A DNA stretch of 64,000 nt, from positions 1 through 64,000 of IMG/VR virus record IMGVR_UViG_3300027710_000011; one strand, written 5' to 3'. The position numbers and the translations under genes are program-made. Below, piece by piece: positions 37,629 to 47,502 of this stretch. The notes under the pieces were generated by a model. The model did no database searches. It worked only from the letters and a program-made list of their open reading frames with translations, and was not told the origin of the DNA. The number at the start of each line of letters is the position of its first letter. The stretch's first letter is position 1.

Positions 37629-39701
37629 TTACGCAACTTCACGCACACGGCGGATCAAGTACGCATCGCTCTTGATGTAACCGCGAGCCAGCAGCAACTG
37701 AATGCCGTCTTGAGTGACGATGTAATGCCGACGACCATCGGTACAACGTTCATTGCTCAAGATCTGGTCAGCAAGAGACCAAAGCTCAGGAGTTGTTTGC
37801 TCACCCAGCACACCGGTTTCACCAGGCTTCAAGTTGAAGTTCAACTCGTAGCTCGGCAGATTCAGGTGAGTGAAGCTGGTTTCCCAAGGCAACTTCACGA
37901 AGCTACCGACCCAGCCTTGAGGATTCATCGTCTTGTTGTCGATGTATTCTTCATTCAGGAAGGCTGTGTGCTCATCCAGCGTTTCACGACTGATGTCCAT
38001 CACGAACTCAGTAAAGAAACGACGTTGCTTGGCCATGAAGGTTTGGCTGACGGCCGGACCACGCTTCTTCGCGATTGCGGGCAGGACGGCCATCACGTCA
38101 GTGAAGAAGTCATCCATCCAGAAGGTGCCGAAGTTCATGATCAGCACGTTGTTGAGCTCTTGCGTCAGCAACCGATTGATACGGTTGAAGAACAAGCGAT
38201 CAGCAGGCGTGTCATGGATACCGTCGAGAATGGCAACGGCTTTCTCGAACGTGTCGCAAGCAGCGAGTTGCTCGATGACGGCCATGTGGCGTTCAGCGGT
38301 TTCATTATCTTCCACCGAGATCGCTTCAATCATGATCGCAGGGTAGCACTTGGCTGCCGAACGAGATTGGTTGGCCTTGTTGATTGCGTAACGCAGCCCG
38401 GTGATTTGCGAAGTGATGCCAGTGGACAATTCCAGCAGGAACGAATCGTTGAATTCCAGATCAAACGTCGGGACTTCAACAGTGCGGTCCGTGATTGCTT
38501 CGGGTTCCGCATTAATGCCAGTCGCGTCATACCGTGGCAGGGGTGGCCGGGTTAACGCGTGTTCGTCGATGTTCATGTTGTCTTTTTCCTCCGGGGTAAG
38601 TGGTTTCAGAACGGCAATAGTGTCTTCGCCAACTTTCACAAGGCTGCTCTTGTACTTCGTGAAGTCGTAAACAAGCTTGTATGGTTGAATTTCGCTCGGT
38701 TGCCAGACAAGTTCAACATCTGCTTGAACGGCAATGGGCTTTGTGGCGATGGCTTTGACTTCCGCCTGGGATGGTTGAGACACGTCCTGTTCTTGAACGG
38801 TCGGTTTGGGCAACGGCATCGTCGTCGATGGTTTCGCAACACGGGTGATTGGTTGGAAGCCTGTAGTCTTCTCACCAGCTTGCGGTGCAGTGCTCGGCAC
38901 TCGATAAGAGGCCTGATAAGTGCTGCGCGCCAGTTGCTGCTCTTCTGCCTTTTGACGGGCTTGACGAGCATAGCGAGAAACTTGACCATCGTTGACGGGC
39001 GTCATGACTGACGTTTGCACTGTTTGTGCAGCATTGTTCTCGAATAAACGATTTGCTGCAGAACCAGCGCCAGACAATGCAGCCGCGTGGACAGGTTGAC
39101 GCTGCTGGCCCATGCCAACAGTAGCAACGCGACCACTCATTTGTCCATTGACAAATTGCTGCTGCACACCGCGATTGCCCATTTGCTGTTGCTGCTTGAC
39201 CTGGGTGATCAAGTTAGCAATTTGCTGCATACCAGCAATCGCGGGATTCACGTGGTTGGCCGTGTTCGCATCCAGAAACTGATACAGATCTGGAAAGTAC
39301 AAGGTCAACGCCAAGCAATATTTTCCAACGAGATCAGGGATGACGTCGTTCAAACATTGCTCGAGTGATACGTTTTGGTTCGTACGCATCACTGCGTCAA
39401 TGTAATCCGTGGTCACTTGACACAGATTAACGAACTCATTGGTTTGGAAGTTGTTCGGCGCCATGTAGTTGTAAGCATACATGCGCGCCGAATTCAGCGT
39501 CATCTTGTTCTGCAGCTCCGACATCAGGGACGTGACGATGTAGCCGTAGTAGTTTTGCAATTCACCCGGACACTGGATGTTCGGAACGAACGGCGGATTA
39601 CCGGGCTGCACCATGATGTTGGGCACAGTCTGAGTCGTAGGATCAGCCTGCAGGGGTTGCTGCTGAACTTGCGATTGTTGTTGCATCATTTGGGGATACA
39701 T
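37629..39701 (-). CDS. conserved hypothetical protein with Gln-rich low-complexity region
   Basis: 690-aa ORF co-transcribed with the RNAP subunit; Q-rich N-terminus and linker. Confidence 0.75.
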   Translation of the reverse strand: MYPQMMQQQSQVQQQPLQADPTTQTVPNIMVQPGNPPFVPNIQCPGELQNYYGYIVTSLMSELQNKMTLNSARMYAYNYMAPNNFQTNEFVNLCQVTTDYIDAVMRTNQNVSLEQCLNDVIPDLVGKYCLALTLYFPDLYQFLDANTANHVNPAIAGMQQIANLITQVKQQQQMGNRGVQQQFVNGQMSGRVATVGMGQQRQPVHAAALSGAGSAANRLFENNAAQTVQTSVMTPVNDGQVSRYARQARQKAEEQQLARSTYQASYRVPSTAPQAGEKTTGFQPITRVAKPSTTMPLPKPTVQEQDVSQPSQAEVKAIATKPIAVQADVELVWQPSEIQPYKLVYDFTKYKSSLVKVGEDTIAVLKPLTPEEKDNMNIDEHALTRPPLPRYDATGINAEPEAITDRTVEVPTFDLEFNDSFLLELSTGITSQITGLRYAINKANQSRSAAKCYPAIMIEAISVEDNETAERHMAVIEQLAACDTFEKAVAILDGIHDTPADRLFFNRINRLLTQELNNVLIMNFGTFWMDDFFTDVMAVLPAIAKKRGPAVSQTFMAKQRRFFTEFVMDISRETLDEHTAFLNEEYIDNKTMNPQGWVGSFVKLPWETSFTHLNLPSYELNFNLKPGETGVLGEQTTPELWSLADQILSNERCTDGRRHYIVTQDGIQLLLARGYIKSDAYLIRRVREVA

Positions 39702-39724
39702 GGCTTCCTTTTTTCGCGCCTGGT

Positions 39725-41398
39725 TTAACGCGTAGTAATCATTTCTTGCACTTGGTCGAGCAACGGCTTGAGTTCTTCGTCACGGGTGATGACGAATTTG
39801 TCATTGAGCTGCACGCACAGATTGAGTTTGCTACGACCTGACGGATCACTCTTGCTCATGCCTGAGTAAGAGCCAACCTCAGCCACGGAAACGTGAAGCT
39901 GACGGCTAGGATCGGAAATCGAACCACGACCACCGCCACGGCCTCCTTTACCCTTGGTAGAGTCTTTCTGGAGAACCAACTGGCTGGTAATCTTGAATGC
40001 CTTGCAATCACCACTGTAACCGGTAGATGTGATCTCGCCATGGTTCTTGACGATGCGGTGAATGAGTCGAGGATTGAAAGCCCGATCAAGCATCGCGTTC
40101 ACATCACGTTCGGTCAGACCACGACGAGTACCGTCGGGATCATTGGTGTTTTTCTTTGCCGCAGCAGTCAACTGGAAGTTGAACTTGAAAATGTTCTTGA
40201 TCAGATCGAACATCACGTAGTACAGGACACTGAGTTCCTTGTCGTACATGGTGCTGACCTTGTCGCTACCTTTCAAGATCTCTTCATCGAAGCGTTCGAT
40301 GATGTATGCGAAGAAGTCGTAGATCGTATCCACGTTCACGCCGATGTCAGCCAAGTTTGCCTTGGTGATGATGTCGACATACTCGTCCAGCGAATTCAAG
40401 TGACTGTTCATCTTGTCGTACAGACGACCAACGCCGTTGTTGGCCGAGAACAAGATGTAAGCCATCACCGTCATCCATTGACGCGTGCTGTCCAGATGGT
40501 CAGCCGTGATGTGGGATGGGAAACGATCAGCAACGTAGAAGAAGCCGGCAACCAATCCACGAACCAGGGTCGTGTACTGACCGACAGGGATTGCTAACTT
40601 CAGCCCCTGTTGTTTGGTTGGGTCGCCAAACACCTTTCCAGCAGCGCGAGAAGTCATTCCGATCGATGAGCAAATCATCCAATCCGACTCAGGATACTGA
40701 GCAGGGTCGAAGTAGTTTGACACCAACGGAACAAAGCCGCAATACTTCTTGAATGTTTCAGTGAAGCCGTACTTGCAGAACAAGTAATGCGCCATGCAGG
40801 TTTCTGCTTTGATGGCCGGCTTATCGTCAGTGCCCGTTCCTTGATCATGGTGAATCAGGGAATGAACCATCTGAACGTTTTCGCGTACTCCATTGTTCGT
40901 GAACAGCGTCGGAGCACGTTTGAACGTGATGCGATCGCAGAACAAACGAACGAAGATACTGTCTGTACCGATGGAGATGACGCGGTCAGCTAGCACAGGA
41001 GCGATATTGAAATCACTACCGTTGATGGTGATGCTACCTGCTTCACCCACGAAGGGGAGGTAAACATACCGAGGTTCCAATTTCACATCGTGAAAGCGGA
41101 AGAACAACTTGATCATGACCGCGTCAGTGCGAGCCATGTCCACAGTCTTCTTCGGATTCTTGCGTGGTTGTCGCGTAGGGGTTCGGCGACGAATGTTGAC
41201 AGCGTATTCTTCCGAGGGGGTGCAACGCGCCCAACCCAGATAATGCAGGCCTTCGTGGGAACCACGCGAAGCTGCACGAATCACGTCGTCAATGTACTTT
41301 TCGACATGAGGCATTTGCACAGTGGCCAGGCCGTTGGCCAATTGTGGATTGAGCTTTGGCGTAACGCCTTGCATCAACCGGAACATCTCTTTATCCAT
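39725..41398 (-). CDS. non-virion RNA polymerase, split beta-subunit N-terminal part (phiKZ gp123-like)
   Basis: VYLPFV...ITING...PVLADRVIS, HYLFCKYGF and C-terminal LHVSVAEVGSY...PSGRSKLN (beta-like motifs); synteny with the capsid and DnaB genes. Confidence 0.8.
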   Translation of the reverse strand: MDKEMFRLMQGVTPKLNPQLANGLATVQMPHVEKYIDDVIRAASRGSHEGLHYLGWARCTPSEEYAVNIRRRTPTRQPRKNPKKTVDMARTDAVMIKLFFRFHDVKLEPRYVYLPFVGEAGSITINGSDFNIAPVLADRVISIGTDSIFVRLFCDRITFKRAPTLFTNNGVRENVQMVHSLIHHDQGTGTDDKPAIKAETCMAHYLFCKYGFTETFKKYCGFVPLVSNYFDPAQYPESDWMICSSIGMTSRAAGKVFGDPTKQQGLKLAIPVGQYTTLVRGLVAGFFYVADRFPSHITADHLDSTRQWMTVMAYILFSANNGVGRLYDKMNSHLNSLDEYVDIITKANLADIGVNVDTIYDFFAYIIERFDEEILKGSDKVSTMYDKELSVLYYVMFDLIKNIFKFNFQLTAAAKKNTNDPDGTRRGLTERDVNAMLDRAFNPRLIHRIVKNHGEITSTGYSGDCKAFKITSQLVLQKDSTKGKGGRGGGRGSISDPSRQLHVSVAEVGSYSGMSKSDPSGRSKLNLCVQLNDKFVITRDEELKPLLDQVQEMITTR

Positions 41399-41417
41399 TT
41401 TCGCCCTTTTGTGTCAT

Positions 41418-42605
41418 CTACTTGAGCCATTTGCTTGCAATTACAAGCAAACCTATAATACCGGTCAGAAGGGCACCAACAACCTTGATGGTCTCGTTAG
41501 CATTCTTCTGTCCTTGAGTGATCTTCTCGTGTTCGAATTTGATCTTCTCATTTTCGAACCGCTCTCGCTCAAGTTCACTTTGCGCCTGTTCCTGTCGCAT
41601 CGTTTCCCGAATGGATTCCATTTCACGCTCATGATTACGTTCAGCTTCTTCGTTCTTTCGAATCTGTTGCTGAACATCATCTTGCAGCTTATCCGTGTCA
41701 TGCTTGGCTTTAGTCAGTCTGTTTTCTAGATCGATTTCTTTTATTCTTCGTTCTTCGATAACAGTCTGTAGTTTCACCAACGTCTCAGAGTTGTTGGCAG
41801 CTAAAGCTTCTTGATACGTTTTGTAGATTGGGAAGTCCAACTCTTCTTCCGTCTGTTTAAAGTCGGAGATGGGGACCGAGTGTTCATGAGCGTCGGTAAC
41901 TGGTTTATTTCTGACGACATAAAACCCATCGGTGCTGTTCGGATCTAGACTGGATTTTATCTGGTAAACACTGCCATGAATGTTTATCCATCTTTGTCCT
42001 ATCTTTCCGGCATTGTCAATAATAAACACGCTCCAGGTAAAAAACCGACGTGCGCCACCAGCTACGTCGACTAAATCACCCTTAACCGCATTGTGTCTAT
42101 TCTTTAATTGTGCTTGATGAGAGTATGGATGAGAGTCGATGTAGCCCTCCAAGCATACGACCATATCCAAGTCTCTAACGTAGAAACATTTTCTGGCTCG
42201 AAGTGTTTCTTCGTCAATTGCGTACATGAATTGTTCCAACGAACTCATGTGGGTTGTGGCTGATGGAGTTTGTATTTTACTCCACTTTTCTAAAAGATGT
42301 GAAAGCTCCTTGCTATTTGAAATGTCGTCGGTGGTCGCGATGTGTTTGAGATCATGCCGGGCTTGTGCTGATAGCCCGTAGCCTTTCAGGAATACCAGCT
42401 TACCCTTAGCCGCTAAAGCTGTGCGTGGAATCTTGAACTTCATGTTCTGTCGATTAACGACATAAACGTCAAAGCTCATCGAGTTATACATGTCCATACG
42501 GAAATTTATACCCGAACTCATTCCACGAACATTGCGTTCTTGGGTTAACAAATAAGTTTCTGATGGCCCCATCGGAACCACAGTGCTACAATTAAGATGC
42601 TCCAT
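41418..42605 (-). CDS. hypothetical protein with C-terminal coiled coil and membrane anchor (gp122-like)
   Basis: E/K/R-rich coiled coil followed by VVGALLTGIIGLLVIA; first gene after a promoter motif. Confidence 0.7.
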   Translation of the reverse strand: MEHLNCSTVVPMGPSETYLLTQERNVRGMSSGINFRMDMYNSMSFDVYVVNRQNMKFKIPRTALAAKGKLVFLKGYGLSAQARHDLKHIATTDDISNSKELSHLLEKWSKIQTPSATTHMSSLEQFMYAIDEETLRARKCFYVRDLDMVVCLEGYIDSHPYSHQAQLKNRHNAVKGDLVDVAGGARRFFTWSVFIIDNAGKIGQRWINIHGSVYQIKSSLDPNSTDGFYVVRNKPVTDAHEHSVPISDFKQTEEELDFPIYKTYQEALAANNSETLVKLQTVIEERRIKEIDLENRLTKAKHDTDKLQDDVQQQIRKNEEAERNHEREMESIRETMRQEQAQSELERERFENEKIKFEHEKITQGQKNANETIKVVGALLTGIIGLLVIASKWLK

Positions 42606-42665
42606 GGTTCAACACTTATAACGTATTATTGAATCTTGCGCAGTTTGCACAAGCATGACAAGTAC

Positions 42666-42690
42666 GTGATATGTAACTGAAACAAATTAG
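42666..42690 (-). promoter_or_regulatory. early-type phage promoter motif
   Basis: Minus strand CTAA-N12-ACATATCAC upstream of the RNAP-subunit operon; resembles the phiKZ early TATATTAC consensus. Confidence 0.68.
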
Positions 42691-42724
42691 GCTTCAATCA
42701 GATTAGACGGAATAAATAGACAAA

Positions 42725-42756
42725 ATAAAAGGAGGCCCGAAGGCCTCCTTTTATGC
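42725..42756 (-). terminator. terminator of capsid gene
   Basis: AAAAGGAGGCC-TTCG-GGCCTCCTTTTAT on the minus strand (UUCG loop). Confidence 0.85.
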
Positions 42757-42795
42757 TGTTCACCCAAGCAAGCCCGAAGGCTTGTGCTGGATTAC

Positions 42796-44949
42796 TTAGA
42801 TGACGTGATTGTGGATCGCGACCTTCTTGTCGATCACATCTTCCCAGCCCTTGATCGTGATCACGGCCATGATAGGCATGTTCGTGATGTGACGGAAGGC
42901 CGGTTGCACGGTCAGTTCCTTGCTGTTCGCACCGTTGCGGTGGATCGGCAGAGCCAACACCAGCTCAGGCTGATAAGCCATGTTGCCGAAGTTCAGCACG
43001 TTCGGGACGCCTTCCGAAGCATTGGGAGCCTTCAGAGTCATCACGATCTTGCCGTTCATCAGCTTGTTGGGAGTGGAAACCACTTCCAACGACATGCCTT
43101 CACCCAGAGTGCGCATGTCGCCAGTGACCATCAGCCAGCCTTCGGTCACTTGGTCGGTACCGGCCAAGACGATCGGGTCCACGTCGTTGCCGCCGTTCAG
43201 AGCAGCAGCGGCTTGACGCCAGCCGGAGTCACGCACCATGCGATACGACATTTCGCGCATCTTGTTGGTGATGGCTTGCTGGATGTCTTCAGCCAGGTTG
43301 TGCGACTGGATGTTGTTGACGATGGTGCCCAGATCCAGCTCGAACTCTTCGTAGAACGGAGTGATCAAGTGACGCGACACGCCCAGGATGTCCAGGGTAT
43401 CGCCGATCAGGCCTTGCGAACCAACGTAGCGGCTCAGCACGTCCTTGACGCGCAGCAGCTCGTCCACGGCGCCGTTGCTGGCGCGGATGCGAGTGGTGGT
43501 GATCAGAGCGTTCAGGTCGCTGGTGTCGGTGTCATCGCCTTGGCCCAGAGGACGGGGAGCGGTGATAGGCGACAGCAGAGGCACCGAGTAGCACTGGTTG
43601 TACACCGTGATGTCCAGCAGGTCGCCACGCTGACGACGGTTGCTGTTGGTACGACGAGCGTCGATGTTGTAGCCGATCAGCTTGGCGTCGACGAAGGCAG
43701 CGAAGATGGCCTGGATGCCAGCCGGATTGGACGCACCGGGAACGTACTTCACGCCGTTCTGGGTCACCGAAGTCACGGTCACTTCACCAGCCAACAGATT
43801 CATGGTGCCGGTCTGCAGATCCAGCGAACCCGAAACCATGAAGCCCAGACGCACTTCCACGCCGGGAACCACGCCAGCCAGTTCGCCCGGCTTGGCGCCG
43901 TCGATAGCCAGGGTGCTCGAAGTCACCATCACCGACTTGTTTTCGAAGTTCAGGGTGACGCGCTTTTCCGAACCTTGCGGGTTGTAGACGAAGTTCGAAG
44001 TGAACAGGTCCTTGGTCGGGAAGTAGATCACGTCGCCAGTTGCGTCCTTCAGTTGCAAGTAGGCGCCGGCCAGGTGCACGTCACGGTCCACAGCGTCGGT
44101 CGAGTCCATCAGGCCAGATTGCACCAGCGAGTCGACTTGCGACAGGCCGATCAGGCTCATCTGCTGGCCGAACTTCAGAGCGCCGGTGACCACGGCTTCG
44201 CCGTTCTGGTCCACGGTGCTGTGCGGGATGATGGCGCTGTCGACGAACTTGTTGGCAGCTTCGTTGCGGAACACCGGGATGATCGTGGTCTGGTTGTTGC
44301 GCAGGATGTCGGGATCGCGCAGAGCGAACACGATGTTGCGACGCTTGAAGTCGTTCACGTCGCCGGAGGTGGCGCGACGCACTTCGTCCATGACGCTGAT
44401 CAGTTGGATCGAGATCAAGTAGCCGACCTGGTCACGAGTCACCACCACGGTGGGGTAGAAGGCTTCGCCGAACTTGTCTTGCTGAGCCGCTTGCATGTTG
44501 TACGTCACTGTGTACGCAGACATGTTGCGGTTCGATGCGTCGTCGTAGGCTTCCATGGCGGTAGCCAGGCGCTCGACGCCGCCAGCAGCAGCGATCATCA
44601 CGTTGTTGCCATCTTGCGGCAGGCTCGGAGCCTTGCCACCCAGGTAGCTCTTGCCAGCTTGAGCGATCATGGCGGCGCCCAGAGCGGCGTCACGACGAGC
44701 GGGAGTCAGCTTGCCCAGGCCGGAGTCGTTGGCGTAGCCTTCCAGAGCAACACGCAGACGATCCAAGCCGCCGCCGAAGGACTCTTGTTCGGAGTCGTTC
44801 ATGCTTTCCAGAGCGATGCCGGAGCGCACGCCAGCGATCAACGAGGTGCCGCCGTTGGACTGCGCTTCGTTCTTGACAGCGTTCAGGAGACCAGACAGAC
44901 CAGTAGCCGGGATGCGACCAGCCAGGAGACGTTGAACTGCATTTTTCAT
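42796..44949 (-). CDS. major capsid protein (phiKZ gp120-like)
   Basis: YNMQAAQQDKFGEAFYPTV, ARRTNSNRRQRG and KELTVQP motifs; propeptide with ALE/ALE/AME sites; strong codon bias. Start placed at ATG 44949. Confidence 0.88.
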   Translation of the reverse strand: MKNAVQRLLAGRIPATGLSGLLNAVKNEAQSNGGTSLIAGVRSGIALESMNDSEQESFGGGLDRLRVALEGYANDSGLGKLTPARRDAALGAAMIAQAGKSYLGGKAPSLPQDGNNVMIAAAGGVERLATAMEAYDDASNRNMSAYTVTYNMQAAQQDKFGEAFYPTVVVTRDQVGYLISIQLISVMDEVRRATSGDVNDFKRRNIVFALRDPDILRNNQTTIIPVFRNEAANKFVDSAIIPHSTVDQNGEAVVTGALKFGQQMSLIGLSQVDSLVQSGLMDSTDAVDRDVHLAGAYLQLKDATGDVIYFPTKDLFTSNFVYNPQGSEKRVTLNFENKSVMVTSSTLAIDGAKPGELAGVVPGVEVRLGFMVSGSLDLQTGTMNLLAGEVTVTSVTQNGVKYVPGASNPAGIQAIFAAFVDAKLIGYNIDARRTNSNRRQRGDLLDITVYNQCYSVPLLSPITAPRPLGQGDDTDTSDLNALITTTRIRASNGAVDELLRVKDVLSRYVGSQGLIGDTLDILGVSRHLITPFYEEFELDLGTIVNNIQSHNLAEDIQQAITNKMREMSYRMVRDSGWRQAAAALNGGNDVDPIVLAGTDQVTEGWLMVTGDMRTLGEGMSLEVVSTPNKLMNGKIVMTLKAPNASEGVPNVLNFGNMAYQPELVLALPIHRNGANSKELTVQPAFRHITNMPIMAVITIKGWEDVIDKKVAIHNHVI

Positions 44950-44999
44950 GATTTGGTTTTCCGTAGAAGAAAGAGAAAAGAATGACAATCGGAATTGGT

Positions 45000-45611
45000 T
45001 TAGGCCACCGCTACCTTACGGCGCAGAAGCGTTCGAAGATACAAGCCATAAACGAAGCTCTCGGCGACCTTCGTTGGTTGCTCATAAACATATAGCTGTT
45101 TCACGATCTCGCGAACCAGCTGATATTCTAATTCACGCACGTCACTCACCTTGGCGATGGTGTTGTACAGAATCACTCCGACGGCTTGATCTCGCAATGC
45201 GACGACTTCAAAGCCGCGAGCAGGATCAGACTTGGAGATAGACACATCCGTTTGGCTTGATGCGTCTTCAGAATATAGGCGTCTTTTCAGTTCATCAAAC
45301 GCTTCAGGTTGCAAGGCCAACTTGCTTTCCAAAGTATTGGTGACTGCAATTGATTCTTGGGTGTTGTTGTCCGTGAACCACCAACTACCAAAGATGTTGT
45401 CGCTCTTGTGCTGACGAGAAGGGAAGAGATCCAATCCCAATTTGTGAATGCACAAAAGATCCGTCAGGTCGTTCTGAGACAGAACTTGGCTGGCCTTCTG
45501 GTAATCCAGAAGATCACACATCTTCATGTTCTTGCGACGGATCGTACTTGCCACCCAATAAGGGATGGCGTAAATGCGCCGACGCATCGGAAAAAGCAGT
45601 TTCATTTCCAT
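45000..45611 (-). CDS. conserved hypothetical protein upstream of major capsid gene
   Basis: 203-aa ORF between the capsid and DnaB genes, as in phiKZ-like phages. Confidence 0.68.
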   Translation of the reverse strand: MEMKLLFPMRRRIYAIPYWVASTIRRKNMKMCDLLDYQKASQVLSQNDLTDLLCIHKLGLDLFPSRQHKSDNIFGSWWFTDNNTQESIAVTNTLESKLALQPEAFDELKRRLYSEDASSQTDVSISKSDPARGFEVVALRDQAVGVILYNTIAKVSDVRELEYQLVREIVKQLYVYEQPTKVAESFVYGLYLRTLLRRKVAVA

Positions 45612-45738
45612 AACGAATACCCGTGGTATAAGGTTGGCATTGTAGCAGTGGTAGAAATTTCCACTTCAAAGCATTAGTATGTTCACAGCCGGGACATTTT
45701 CTTAATCCCGATGACAATAAACAAAATGACGCTCTCAA

Positions 45739-47280
45739 ATGGACAAAAAAATACTTCTCATTAAGGGTGTTACGCTGTTGTTTCGTGAGAGTCAAATTCC
45801 GAACAACGCTGACAACTCAGCGGCGCTGGTTAAAACACTCTTGGAGGGCGTAACGCTCCCAGACGTAAGTGTTGGTGCCATTGACACCGAACGAGAGATC
45901 CTAGGGGCTCTCAAGCAGATTTGTCTTGAGATGTGTGGACAATCGCCTACACATCAATACGTTGCAGTTGAACTGCTACAAAAGATTCACCACGCCACAC
46001 GGCATGACGAAACTCTATACCATACGTTTCGTGAAGGTATCGAAACTCAGTTGTCAGAAGATGAGCTCAAACGCTTTTGTCTGAATCTGGAAGCTGACGT
46101 TAACGAACATGTCCGTGAAGAAAAGATCAGTAAGCTGATTCTTGATGCAGGAATGCAGCTCAAGTTCAAGCGCGATACCGTTGGCAATATGCAAAGCTTT
46201 GCTGCCGACATCGTTCAAAAGCTTGAGCCTTATAGCGTCAGTGCAAGTAAGGAAGATCCTGGTGTTGTTGGTACGGTTGACTTCGGCAACCGTGAACAGA
46301 TGAACCAGATGATCGAAGAGGGTAAGACCCTGAACAGTTCTGAAGGTATTCTTCGTTTGGGTTGGCAAGGTGTCAACCGAATGACTGAAGGTGGTCTGCG
46401 CCGCGGCGAGTTCGTCACAGTGGCGGCCTTGCAACATAACTTCAAGACCGGTTTCTCTATAAATCTGTTCGAGCATATTGCGATGTATAACACACCGCAC
46501 ATGATCAACGTAATGAAGCGTCCGTTGTTGCTTCGGATCACGTTTGAAGATCCGTTGTCTACCAACATGACTTACATGTATCGCAACATCTACGAGAACA
46601 AAACTCGTCAGATGGCCGACGTGATGGGTACACCGACTGCGGAAATGACAGAGTACGTTTATAACGCTCTGACTGCAACGGGTTATGAGATCATGATGAT
46701 GCACGTTAATCCGTCCGAGTGGACGTATCGACACATCACAAACAAGGTCTTGGAACTTGAAGCCCAGGGCTATGAGATCCATGTTCTGGCATTGGACTAT
46801 CTGGCCATGGTTCCTACAACAGGTTGCCGTGTGACCGGTCCTACTGGTTCAGACATCCGAGATATGTTCCGTCGTATGCGTAACTTCTGTGGTCCTCGCA
46901 AGATCACCTGCATCACGCCTCACCAGTTGTCGACTGAAGCCAAGAAGTTGACACGGATGGGTAACGAAGAGAACTTCGTCAAGGACGTGGCTAACAAGGG
47001 TTACTACGATAGCTGTTCTACCATTGACCAAGAGATCGATCTGGAACTCTACATCCACATCGTGAAGGCCGATGGTGCATCCTACTTGACAGTACAGCGC
47101 GGTAAGCACCGTGGCTTCAACCGTACGCCTGAAGCTCACAAGTTCTGCGTGTTGAAGTTTGAAGACGTTGGCGACATCATCCATGACGTTGACGGTGTTG
47201 ATCTGACTCGCAAGCGTCCAGGCGGTGGGCCAATGGGTAGTCCGGATGAGAAACCTCATTGGGACTTTTCCATCGATTAA
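45739..47280 (+). CDS. dnaB: DnaB-like replicative helicase (phiKZ gp118-like)
   Basis: GLRRGE...ALQHNFKTG (variant Walker A), ITFED, LDYL, TPHQLS and QRGKHR. Confidence 0.88.
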   Translation: MDKKILLIKGVTLLFRESQIPNNADNSAALVKTLLEGVTLPDVSVGAIDTEREILGALKQICLEMCGQSPTHQYVAVELLQKIHHATRHDETLYHTFREGIETQLSEDELKRFCLNLEADVNEHVREEKISKLILDAGMQLKFKRDTVGNMQSFAADIVQKLEPYSVSASKEDPGVVGTVDFGNREQMNQMIEEGKTLNSSEGILRLGWQGVNRMTEGGLRRGEFVTVAALQHNFKTGFSINLFEHIAMYNTPHMINVMKRPLLLRITFEDPLSTNMTYMYRNIYENKTRQMADVMGTPTAEMTEYVYNALTATGYEIMMMHVNPSEWTYRHITNKVLELEAQGYEIHVLALDYLAMVPTTGCRVTGPTGSDIRDMFRRMRNFCGPRKITCITPHQLSTEAKKLTRMGNEENFVKDVANKGYYDSCSTIDQEIDLELYIHIVKADGASYLTVQRGKHRGFNRTPEAHKFCVLKFEDVGDIIHDVDGVDLTRKRPGGGPMGSPDEKPHWDFSID

Positions 47281-47283
47281 TGC

Positions 47284-47476
47284 AAAAAAAAAAAGAGGTG
47301 ATCAACAGGTCGGCGCATCGGGACACCCCGATGCGCTAGGAGCACCCGCTCCTTGACATGTTGATCACCTAAAAGACCTCTTGAGCAAAAACTCGTCGAG
47401 GGCTGAGGGAGGAGGGAGTCAGCAGCAACCAAACTACTGAACCCCAGAGACAGGACAACCAATCCTATCTCACCTT
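47284..47476 (-). ncRNA. putative ~190-nt structured small RNA
   Basis: Has its own promoter motif at 47478-47502, two hairpins with UUGGUU loops, a CU-rich tract, a three-way junction and a U11 tail; no credible ORF. Confidence 0.65.
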
Positions 47477-47477
47477 A

Positions 47478-47502
47478 GTCATATGTAACCAAAATAATCT
47501 TC
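47478..47502 (-). promoter_or_regulatory. early-type promoter motif driving the small RNA
   Basis: Minus strand GAAG-N12-ACATATGAC. Confidence 0.58.

Noticed and set aside
42784-44985. 733-aa plus-strand ORF antisense to the major capsid gene
   Set aside because: It mirrors the capsid frame. Strong codon bias in a highly expressed gene removes antisense stops, and the product has no recognisable features.
47277-47462. 61-aa minus-strand ORF in the small RNA
   Set aside because: Its TTG start is in a hairpin loop with the upstream AGGA sequestered in the stem, and the frame runs through strong stems and the U-tail; better explained as RNA.
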